From Betaproteobacteria bacterium (GTDB lineage: Bacteria > Pseudomonadota > Gammaproteobacteria > Burkholderiales > Usitatibacteraceae): a DNA stretch of 64,000 nt. The position numbers were made by a program, and so were the translations under genes. The stretch is from assembly GCA_016708825.1 (NCBI GenBank), contig JADJEZ010000011.1:82171-146170 (forward strand), given 5' to 3'. Shown here one piece after another: positions 56,988-64,000 of this stretch. The notes below the pieces were generated by a model. It was not told where the DNA came from, did no database searches, and saw nothing but the letters and a program-made list of their open reading frames with translations. Each line of letters begins with the position of its first letter. Position 1 is the first letter of the stretch.

Positions 56988-58622
56988 ATGGGCGCGTCCT
57001 TTCCGCACGGCATACGCTTCCGGCTGCTGCTCGCCTCGCTGGTGCTCCTGGCGATTCCCGCGCTCGCCGCGCAGTTCATCAACCGCATGGAAACCTTCCT
57101 GCGCGCCGCACAGGAGCAGGACATCGCGGTCACCGCGCGCGCCGTGGCCTCGGCGCTTTCCGACCGCAACGCGCTCTTTCCCCCGAGCGGCACGGTCGCA
57201 CTCGATCCCGAGGACGAGGAACGCCGCCGCATCGTCGGTCTCTTCGCCGCCGCCGACCCGGAGGCCGCCGCGAGCCTGGGCACGGCCTACGCCCCGTCGG
57301 AGGAGATCGAGCGCTTCCTGGACATCATGGGCCGCCGGGCCTCGCGGCTGTGGGTGGTGGACACGCGCTCGCGCGTGCGCGGGCTGTCCGGGTCGCTGCG
57401 GGAGCCGCCGGCGCAGCGCGCGGAATCCTCGCGCGCGGCGATCGCCTCGTGGCTGAAGCCCGTCGTCTCCCTCGTCGTGTCCTCGCCCGAGGTCCCCGCG
57501 GGGGACGAGTCGAAGCCGGTGCGCTCGCAGATCGACCGCGCGCTGATCGGCGTGTCGTCGACCCACTGGCGCGGCACGCGCGACCGCGAGGCCGCGATCC
57601 TTTCGGCGGCGCAGCCGATCTTCGTGGGCGACGACATCGTGGGCGCGGTGGTGGTGGAGGAGACGACCGCGTCGATCCTGCTGCTGCGCCAGTCCGCGCT
57701 CGAGAACCTCATCGCCTTGACGCTCGCCGTGTGCCTCGCCGCGTTCGCGATCCTGCTCTTCTTCGCGAGCCGGCTCGCCACCCGCATCCGGCGCCTGCAC
57801 ACCGAGGCCGAGGCGGCCATCGACGGCCAGGGGCGCATCCGCGGCGCCATCGCGCCCACGGGCGCCCGCGACGAGATCGGCGACCTGGAGCGCACGATGG
57901 CCGCGATGCTCGGCCGGCTTCGCGACTACAACGCCTGGCTCGAGCAGATGGCCTCGCGGCTCTCCCACGAGCTGCGCACGCCCGTGGCCGTGGTGCGCTC
58001 TTCCCTCGACAACCTGCGCAGCCAGTCCCCGGACGGCGAGGCGCGCGTCTACCTCGACCGCGCGGAGGAGGGCGTCGAGCGGCTCTCGCGCCTCATCTCG
58101 CGGCTCTCGGAGGGCACGCGGCTGGAGAAGATGCTCGAGAGCGCCGAGCGCGAGCCTTTCGACCTCGCGGCGGTAGTGGGCGGTTGCGTCGAGGGCTACC
58201 GCGGCGCCTACCCGGGGCGCGCGTTCGATTTCGAGCCGCCCGGCGGGCCCGTCCCGATGCACGGCGTGCCCGACGCGATAGCGCAACTGCTCGACAAGCT
58301 GGTGGAAAACGCACTCGACTTCGCGCCCGCGGGCAGCGCGATCCGCATCGGCCTCGCCGCCGACGGCCGCGCCGCGAGGCTCTCGGTGGCCAACGACGGG
58401 CCGCCCATCCAGGCCGAGATGCTGCCGCGCCTCTTCGACGCGATGGTCACCGCGCGCGCCGAGGGCGTGGGACGTGGCGGCCACCTGGGCCTCGGGCTCG
58501 CGATCGTGCGTCTCGTGGCCGAGTACCACGGCGGGTCCGCCCGGGCGATCAACCTGCCCGGCGGCAGCGGTGCGCATTTCGAGGTGACGCTGCCTTCCGG
58601 AGGATCGAGGCACCCCGGCTGA
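56988..58622 (+). CDS. sensor histidine kinase (dedicated sortase system type)
   Basis: TM1, periplasmic domain of about 250 aa, TM2, HAMP, H-box MASRLSHELRTPVAV, N/G boxes (LVENALDFA, NDGPPI, GLGLAIV). ATG 56988 lies within track ORF 56547..58622. Confidence 0.85.
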   Translation: MGASFPHGIRFRLLLASLVLLAIPALAAQFINRMETFLRAAQEQDIAVTARAVASALSDRNALFPPSGTVALDPEDEERRRIVGLFAAADPEAAASLGTAYAPSEEIERFLDIMGRRASRLWVVDTRSRVRGLSGSLREPPAQRAESSRAAIASWLKPVVSLVVSSPEVPAGDESKPVRSQIDRALIGVSSTHWRGTRDREAAILSAAQPIFVGDDIVGAVVVEETTASILLLRQSALENLIALTLAVCLAAFAILLFFASRLATRIRRLHTEAEAAIDGQGRIRGAIAPTGARDEIGDLERTMAAMLGRLRDYNAWLEQMASRLSHELRTPVAVVRSSLDNLRSQSPDGEARVYLDRAEEGVERLSRLISRLSEGTRLEKMLESAEREPFDLAAVVGGCVEGYRGAYPGRAFDFEPPGGPVPMHGVPDAIAQLLDKLVENALDFAPAGSAIRIGLAADGRAARLSVANDGPPIQAEMLPRLFDAMVTARAEGVGRGGHLGLGLAIVRLVAEYHGGSARAINLPGGSGAHFEVTLPSGGSRHPG

Positions 58623-58663
58623 GCTAAACTTGCAGGCTGGGAACCACTTCAGGAACCAAGTCC

Positions 58664-58888
58664 TTGGCCCGAATCCTCCTCCTGCTGGCGATCGGCTTCG
58701 TCATCTGGCTCGTCTTCCGCGGCTTCTTCAAGGCCCAGGTGAAGGATGCGGAGTCGTCCGAGCCCCGCGACATCGAGGACATGGTCGCCTGCGCCCACTG
58801 CGGCGTGAACCTGCCGCGCAGCGAATCCCGGGAGGAAGGCGGGCGCATCACCTGCCGCGACCCGGCCACCTGCAAGCACGCGCAATGA
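58664..58888 (+). CDS. PP0621-family small membrane protein with Cys-rich tail
   Basis: ARILLLLAIGFVIWLVFRGFF.. then ..VACAHCGVNLP....ITCRDPATC... Immediately precedes the pilS/pilR-like pair. Confidence 0.65.
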   Translation: MARILLLLAIGFVIWLVFRGFFKAQVKDAESSEPRDIEDMVACAHCGVNLPRSESREEGGRITCRDPATCKHAQ

Positions 58889-60519
58889 CACCTGCCGCGA
58901 TCGCACGCGCCCCCCTGGCCGAAGGCCCGCGACCGGGCGGGCGTGCGCGGATCGCCGCGGTGGGCGACGACACCGCCTGGCGCACGCTCGTCGTCTTCTC
59001 GGCCTATCGCGTCGTCCTGGCCCTGGGCCTTTCGGCCGCCTACGCGTTCCTCAATGCGTTCTTCCAGCTGGGCATCCAGCAGCCCGGGCTCGCGGTGACG
59101 GCGCTGGTGGCCTACGGCGTGGCCTCCGTGCTGCTCATGGTGCCGGCGCTGCTGCGCGAGCCGGGCATTTCGATGCAGGTGACGGCGGCCGTCTTCGTCG
59201 ACGTGCTCGCGATCGTGGTCCTCGTGCACACGAGCGGGGGCATCCGCTCCGGGATCGGGGTCTCGCTCCTCATCTCGCTCGCCGCGGCGGGCCTCATCAC
59301 GCGCGGCCGGCTCGCGTTCTTCCACGCGGCGGTGGCGGCCATCGCGGTCCTGGTGGAGCAGGCCTTCCAGGTGTGGCGCTTCGACGCGCCGGCGAGCGAC
59401 TTCCTGCAGTCGGGGTTGACCAGCATCGCGCTCTTCGCCACCGCGGGGCTCGGCTGGACGCTCGCCCGTTACGCGCGCACCAGCGAGACGATCGCCCGCC
59501 AGCGCACCATCGACCTCGCGAACCTCTCGCAGATCAACGAGCTGGTGATCCGGGACATGCAGGACGGCATGCTGGTCGTCGACCCCGAGGGCACCATCCG
59601 CCAGAGCAACCCGCGCGCGGTCGAGCTCCTGGGCGCGCTGCCGACCGGCCGGCGCCCCCTCCTCGCCGAGTACTCCCCGGAGGTCGCGCGCATGATCGCC
59701 GCGTGGCGGCGTTCCCCGGGCGCCGCGATCCGCACTTTCCGCTCGCCCCGTTCCGCCGCCGAGCTCTCCGTGCACTTCGTGGCCATCGGGACCGACGACC
59801 CGCCGCCGACCGTGGTGTTCGTCGAGGACGTGGGCAGGCTTCGCGAGCAGGCGCAGCAGATGAAGCTGGTCGCGCTCGGCCGCCTCACCGCCTCCATCGC
59901 CCACGAGATCAGGAATCCCCTCTCGTCGATCAACCACGCCGCGGAGCTGCTGGCGGAGAGCGAGCGCGCCCAGGCGGGCGACGACCGGCTCGTCCACATC
60001 ATCCGCGACAACGTCCACCGGCTCGACCGCATCGTGGAGGAGGTGCTGTACCTGAACCGCCGCGACCGCGCCCAGCCCGAGGCGATCGGCCCGCGCGCCT
60101 TCCTCGAGCAGTTCGCCGCCGACTTCTGCGCCACGGAGAAGGTGCCTGCCGAGTGCGTCGCGATCGAGGTGCGCACCACGCTTCGCATGGCCTTCGACCG
60201 CCAGCACCTGCACCAGATCCTGTGGAACCTGCTGCGCAACGCCTGGCGCCACGGCCGCCGGCAGCCGGGGTCGGTGCGCGTGTCGCTCTCGCCCGCCGAA
60301 CTGCCGGGCATGCTCCTGCTCGAGGTGGCCGACGACGGCCCGGGGGTGACCGTCGAGCTGCAGGGCCACCTCTTCGAGCCGTTCTTCACCACCGAGGCGC
60401 AGGGCACGGGTCTCGGCCTCTACATCGCGCGCGAGCTTTGCGAGGGCAACGGCGCCCACATCGAATACCTGGAGGGCGGCCCCGGCTGCCGTTTCCGCAT
60501 CACCCTGAAAGGTACCTGA
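58885..60519 (+). CDS. pilS: PilS-like sensor histidine kinase
   Basis: Six-TM N-terminal domain, PAS-like segment, H-box LTASIAHEIRNPLSS, N/G boxes (NLLRNAWRH, DDGPGV, GTGLGLYIA). ATG 58885 overlaps the PP0621 stop. Confidence 0.6.
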   Translation: MTPAAIARAPLAEGPRPGGRARIAAVGDDTAWRTLVVFSAYRVVLALGLSAAYAFLNAFFQLGIQQPGLAVTALVAYGVASVLLMVPALLREPGISMQVTAAVFVDVLAIVVLVHTSGGIRSGIGVSLLISLAAAGLITRGRLAFFHAAVAAIAVLVEQAFQVWRFDAPASDFLQSGLTSIALFATAGLGWTLARYARTSETIARQRTIDLANLSQINELVIRDMQDGMLVVDPEGTIRQSNPRAVELLGALPTGRRPLLAEYSPEVARMIAAWRRSPGAAIRTFRSPRSAAELSVHFVAIGTDDPPPTVVFVEDVGRLREQAQQMKLVALGRLTASIAHEIRNPLSSINHAAELLAESERAQAGDDRLVHIIRDNVHRLDRIVEEVLYLNRRDRAQPEAIGPRAFLEQFAADFCATEKVPAECVAIEVRTTLRMAFDRQHLHQILWNLLRNAWRHGRRQPGSVRVSLSPAELPGMLLLEVADDGPGVTVELQGHLFEPFFTTEAQGTGLGLYIARELCEGNGAHIEYLEGGPGCRFRITLKGT

Positions 60520-61889
60520 TGAGCGCGAAGGCCGTCCTGATCGTCGACGACGAAGCAGACATCCGCGAGCTGCTCGTGGTCACTCTCTCGCGGATGGGTG
60601 TCGACGCCGACAGCGCCTCGAGCGTCGCGGAGGCGAAGGAGTTCCTCGAGAAGCGGGCCTACGACCTCGCGCTCACCGACATGCGCCTGCCCGACGGCGA
60701 GGGCCTGGACGTGCTGCGCCACATCGCCGAGCACTACGGCAACACGCCGGTGGCGGTGATCACGGCCTACGGTTCGACGGAGAACGCGGTCGCGGCACTC
60801 AAGGCCGGCGCCTTCGACTACCTCGCCAAGCCCATCAAGCTGGAGGAGCTGCGCCCCCTGGTGATGAGCGCGTTGAAGCTCGCCCGCCACCCGCAGGCGC
60901 GGCGCGCCTCGATCGGCGAGGTGGCGCAGCCCGGCGTGCCGCGGATGATCGGGGAATCCGCGCCCATCCAGCGGGCGCGCGAGATGATCGGGCGCCTGGC
61001 GCGGTCCCAGGCGCCGGTCTACATCACCGGCGAATCGGGATCCGGCAAGGAAGTCGCCGCGCGCCTGATACACGCCGGCTCCGCGCGGGCGGACGCGCCT
61101 TTCGTCGCGGTCAACTGCGGCGCGATTCCCGAGAACCTGATGGAGAGCGAGTTCTTCGGCTACCGCAAGGGCGCCTTCACCGGGGCCGAGAACGACCGCG
61201 CCGGCTACCTGCACGCGGCGCAGAAAGGCACGCTCTTCCTGGACGAGGTGGGCGACCTCCCCCTCGCAATGCAGGTGAAGCTGCTGCGCGTGATCCAGGA
61301 GAAGACCTTCCGCCGCCTCGGCGACACGGTGGAGGAGGCCACCGACATGCGCATCATCTCCGCCACGCACCGCTCGCTCGCCGAACAAGTGGTGGCCGGC
61401 CAGTTCCGCCAGGACCTCTTCTATCGCCTGAACGTGATCGAGATGAAGATGCCGAGCCTGCGCGAGATCCCCGAGGACATCCCGCTCATGGTCGCGCAGG
61501 TGGTCGAGCGCCTGGCGCGGCAGAACAAGGTGGGCCCGCCGACCGTGTCCGAGGAGGCGCTGCTGGCGCTGCGGCGCTACGACTTCCCGGGCAACGTGCG
61601 CGAGCTGGAGAACATCCTCGAGCGCGCGCTCGCCCTGTGCAGCGACGCCACGGTGCGCGAAGGCGACCTCTACCTCACGCAGGCCGCGCCCAAGGAGAGG
61701 GCGGCTGCCCTCGAGGGAGCGCTCGGCACGCGCGGGCTTCCCTTGCACGATTTCCTGGACCAGGTGGAGCGCGAGGCGATCCAGAAGGCGCTCGAGGCCA
61801 CGCGCTTCAACAAGACCGCGGCCGCGAAGCTGCTCGGCATCACCTTCCGCAGCCTTCGCTACCGACTCGACCGGCTGGGCATCGACTAG
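60519..61889 (+). CDS. pilR: PilR-like sigma54-dependent response regulator
   Basis: Receiver (VLIVDDEADIRE.., LALTDMRLPDG, KP) and a complete AAA+ domain (ITGESGSGKEVAARLIHAGSARADAPFVAVNCGAIPENLMESEFFGY, GAFTGA, GTLFLDEV, GNVRELEN), plus a Fis HTH. ATG 60519 lies within track ORF 59373..61889. Confidence 0.7.
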   Translation: MSAKAVLIVDDEADIRELLVVTLSRMGVDADSASSVAEAKEFLEKRAYDLALTDMRLPDGEGLDVLRHIAEHYGNTPVAVITAYGSTENAVAALKAGAFDYLAKPIKLEELRPLVMSALKLARHPQARRASIGEVAQPGVPRMIGESAPIQRAREMIGRLARSQAPVYITGESGSGKEVAARLIHAGSARADAPFVAVNCGAIPENLMESEFFGYRKGAFTGAENDRAGYLHAAQKGTLFLDEVGDLPLAMQVKLLRVIQEKTFRRLGDTVEEATDMRIISATHRSLAEQVVAGQFRQDLFYRLNVIEMKMPSLREIPEDIPLMVAQVVERLARQNKVGPPTVSEEALLALRRYDFPGNVRELENILERALALCSDATVREGDLYLTQAAPKERAAALEGALGTRGLPLHDFLDQVEREAIQKALEATRFNKTAAAKLLGITFRSLRYRLDRLGID

Positions 61890-61920
61890 CCCGCCGCATG
61901 GAGACCACGAAGGAGGCGCC

Positions 61921-62286
61921 ATGCCCATATTCGACATCGAGATCGCGACCCGCCACGGCGAGACGCTTGCGCCGCGGCTCGCGAACGACCTCGCCGACGC
62001 CCTGGGCGCCGTCCTGGGCGCAGACGCGGGCAAGGTCTGGGTGCGGCTGCGTGCGCTCGCACCCGAGGCCTACGCCGAGAATCTCGAGGGCGCCGACCGC
62101 CCGTATCCCGTCTTCGTGGAACTGACCGCCTCCGCGCCGCCGCAAGGCGAGCACCTCGACCACGTCGTGCAGCAGGTGGGCGAAGCGGTGGCGCATCTCG
62201 CCGACCGTTCGCCCGAGAACGTCCATGTCCTCGTGCAGCCCGCCGCGAAAGGGCGCATCGCCTTCGGCGGAAAGGTCGCGCGATGA
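61921..62286 (+). CDS. tautomerase-superfamily-like protein
   Basis: Begins MPIFDIEI (Pro-1 after Met removal, beta-alpha-beta pattern). The 121-aa length suggests two fused tautomerase-like repeats. Confidence 0.45.
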   Translation: MPIFDIEIATRHGETLAPRLANDLADALGAVLGADAGKVWVRLRALAPEAYAENLEGADRPYPVFVELTASAPPQGEHLDHVVQQVGEAVAHLADRSPENVHVLVQPAAKGRIAFGGKVAR

Positions 62287-62803
62287 CGGCACGCATCCGC
62301 AAGGTGAACCTCGACCAGTTCGCCGAGTGCCTCCCGCGGCTCGCGGACCTCCTCGTCGACGCGGTCGAGTCCGGGGGCTCGCTCGGCTTCTGGGCGCCGC
62401 TGCCGCAGTCGGAGGCGCTCCTCTACTGGCGCGAGGTGATGCAGGGCATGGTGGAGGAAAACCTCCTGCTTCTCGTCGCCGAGGACGGGCGGGAAGTCGT
62501 CGGCAGCGTGCAGCTGCTCCTCTCCGATCGGCAGAACGGCCGCCACCGCGCCGAAATCCGCAAGCTCATGGTCCACACCTCCCGGCGCGGCTGGGGCTGG
62601 GGCGCGCGCTCCTGTCCGCCGCCCACGTCGAGGCGAGCTTTCTCGGCCGCAAGCTCCTCATCCTCGACACGCGCACCGGCGACACCGGCGAGAATCTCTA
62701 CGAGTCCATGGGCTACACCCGCGCGGCCCAGATTCCCGGCTACACGATCGAGCGCGACGGGACGCTCAACGGCACCACCTTCTTCTACCACCTGCTGCCG
62801 TGA
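62283..62803 (+). CDS. GNAT-family N-acetyltransferase, frame broken near 62585
   Basis: ..VVGSVQLLLSDRQNGRHRAEIRKLMVHTSRRG, then in the next frame LGLGRALLSAAHVEASFLGRKLLILDTRTGDTGENLYESMGY (acetyl-CoA R/Q-x-x-G-x-G/A motif). Confidence 0.75.
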
Positions 62804-62836
62804 TCGAGAATCGCCAGCGGATCGACGTCGGTGATG

Positions 62837-62998
62837 CGAAACGAAGAGGCAGTGGTGGAGTGCGGTCAGGTCGGTGCGATGCCACGGCCGCGAAACGAAG
62901 AGGCAGTGGTGGAGTGCGGTCAGGTCGGTGCGATGCCACGGCCGCGAAACGAAGAGGCAGTGGTGGAGTGCGGTCAGATCGGACCGATGCCACCATGG
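62837..62998. repeat. 54-bp tandem repeat, about 2.9 copies
   Basis: The unit cgaaacgaagaggcagtggtggagtgcggtcaggtcggtgcgatgccacggccg occurs identically at 62837-62890 and 62891-62944. The third copy (62945-) diverges in its 3' half. Confidence 0.9.
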
Positions 62999-63145
62999 GG
63001 TCAGGTGGGTTGGATTTCTTTTTGGTTTTTGGCCAAATGAAATTGCCGAGGTCGTCACGGGGACTCCATCGCGATCTCCCCAAAGTCGATCCTCGACGCA
63101 ATTTAATTTGGCCAAAAACCAAAAAAAACCCAACCCACCTGACCC
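62998..63145. repeat. 148-bp low-GC imperfect palindrome (MITE-like element)
   Basis: The left arm gggtcaggtgggttggatttctttttggtttttggccaaatgaaattgc pairs with the reverse complement of gcaatttaatttggccaaaaaccaaaaaaaacccaacccacctgaccc. The arms are about 50 nt, the centre about 45 nt, and there is no ORF. Confidence 0.7.
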
Positions 63146-63221
63146 ACTGTCGATAAGAATCACAGCTCCATGCACGACGACTGGCGAACCCCTACGTTGA
63201 ACCCTACCCTCCCACTTCCTC

Positions 63222-63755
63222 GTGGACCCTGCCGGCATGTGCTCGGGCGCCCGCTGGATCGCCTCGCCCAACCACGACGAGCGCCCGGAAGGCGCGAAGG
63301 TGGAACTGCTCGTGATCCACAACATCTCCCTGCCACCGGGGGAGTTCGGGGGTGAGTGGATCACGGACCTCTTCCTCGACAGGCTCCACCCCGGTGCGCA
63401 CCCCTGGTTCGCGAGGCTCGCGGGCGTGCACGTCTCCGCGCACTTCCTCATCCGCCGCGACGGCGAGGTGATCCAGTACGTGCCCTGCGGGAAGCGCGCC
63501 TGGCACGCGGGCGCTTCGAGCTGGAACGGTCGCAGCCGCTGCAACGACTTCTCGGTCGGTATCGAGCTCGAGGGCACGGACGAGCTGCCCTTCACGGAGG
63601 CGCAGTACGGGGCGCTCGTGCCCCTCACCACGGCGATCTTCGCGCGCTACGGCAAGCTGGAGCTCGCGGGACACTCCGACATCGCGCCGGGCCGGAAGAC
63701 CGATCCGGGCGCGCACTTCGACTGGAAGCGATACCGCGCCGCCGTCGGCGCCTGA
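63222..63755 (+). CDS. ampD: 1,6-anhydro-N-acetylmuramyl-L-alanine amidase
   Basis: ..SPNHDERPEG..ELLVIHNISLPPGEFGG, SAHFLIRRDGEVIQYV, AWHAGAS, NDFSIGIELEG-like NDFSVGIELEG, GHSDIAPGRKTDPG. Confidence 0.9.
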   Translation: MDPAGMCSGARWIASPNHDERPEGAKVELLVIHNISLPPGEFGGEWITDLFLDRLHPGAHPWFARLAGVHVSAHFLIRRDGEVIQYVPCGKRAWHAGASSWNGRSRCNDFSVGIELEGTDELPFTEAQYGALVPLTTAIFARYGKLELAGHSDIAPGRKTDPGAHFDWKRYRAAVGA

Positions 63756-63775
63756 ACACGAAACGGACCACGCAC

Positions 63776-64000
63776 ATGGACTTCGCACACTCTCCCAAGG
63801 CCGTCGAACTCATCGCCCGCATGTCCGCCTTCATGCGCGACCACGTGCTGCCCGCCGAGGAGGGCTACCGGGACGAGCTCGCGGGCGGGGCCGACTGGCG
63901 CCGCTGGAAGCAGCCGGCGATCATGGAGTCGCTCAAGGAGCGCGCCCGCCGCGAGGGCCTGTGGAACCTGTTCCTGCCGCACGCGGGCCTCGGCGCGGGC
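63776..64000 (+). CDS. acyl-CoA dehydrogenase family protein, N-terminal fragment (runs off right edge)
   Basis: MDFAHSPKAVELIARMSAFMRDHVLPAEEGYRDELAGG..RWKQPAIMESLKERARREGLWNLFLP resembles the N-terminal helical domain of FadE-like acyl-CoA dehydrogenases. Confidence 0.6.
   Translation, partial: MDFAHSPKAVELIARMSAFMRDHVLPAEEGYRDELAGGADWRRWKQPAIMESLKERARREGLWNLFLPHAGLGAG

Noticed and set aside
59373-60518. N-terminal 380 aa of the 838-aa ORF 59373..61889
   Set aside because: It is out of frame through pilS. The genuine regulator starts at ATG 60519, which overlaps the pilS stop.
62837-62998. Tandem repeat as a CRISPR array
   Set aside because: The units are directly abutting with no unique spacers, and no cas genes are in the window.
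62800-63200. Several 60-120 aa ORFs on both strands across the tandem repeat and palindrome, as possible repeat proteins
   Set aside because: They are open in multiple phases and on both strands simultaneously, and I see no RBS or start context. The openness is explained by the repeat structure itself.

Overview
High-GC proteobacterial chromosome segment. The gene order is the pattern I associate with Betaproteobacteria: queG / tsaE-amiC-mutL-miaA; exbB-exbD-lpxK-ycaR-kdsB-adk; pfp-hppA; tgt-yajC-secD-secF; proS / rppH; ispB / rplU-rpmA-obg-proB; PP0621-pilS-pilR; ampD. I can support about 65 protein genes and one tRNA-Pro(CGG). I see no rRNA, CRISPR array, transposase or integrase. Most of the window is housekeeping, with three accessory blocks. 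(1) 38.3-49.4 kb is the most interesting part. On the minus strand it encodes a tandem-rhodanese lipoprotein, a 5-heme cytochrome, a small secreted protein, a 3-heme cytochrome, an outer-membrane porin and a sigma54-type two-component system. It lies back-to-back with a TusA-like / YeeE / TusA / DsrEFH-like sulfur-relay operon. Three near-identical sigma54 promoters with similarly spaced upstream TGCA motifs tie these units together. (2) 52.3-58.6 kb is a complete proteobacterial dedicated sortase system. (3) 62.8-63.15 kb holds a 54-bp tandem repeat next to a 148-bp low-GC palindromic element. Other points of note are a DnaA-box cluster beside an AT-rich tract (11.8-12.0 kb), a G14 homopolymer in the xseA 5' end, and a PilZ-domain protein with a large unknown N-terminal domain. 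Roughly a quarter of the genes, including essential ones, have broken reading frames, mostly at short G/C runs. I read this as consensus indel error rather than gene decay. The exceptions are an approximately 65-nt deletion in the NtrC-type regulator and an amber codon in a LysE exporter. Many long ORFs in the supplied track are alternate-frame or antisense artefacts of the high GC content.
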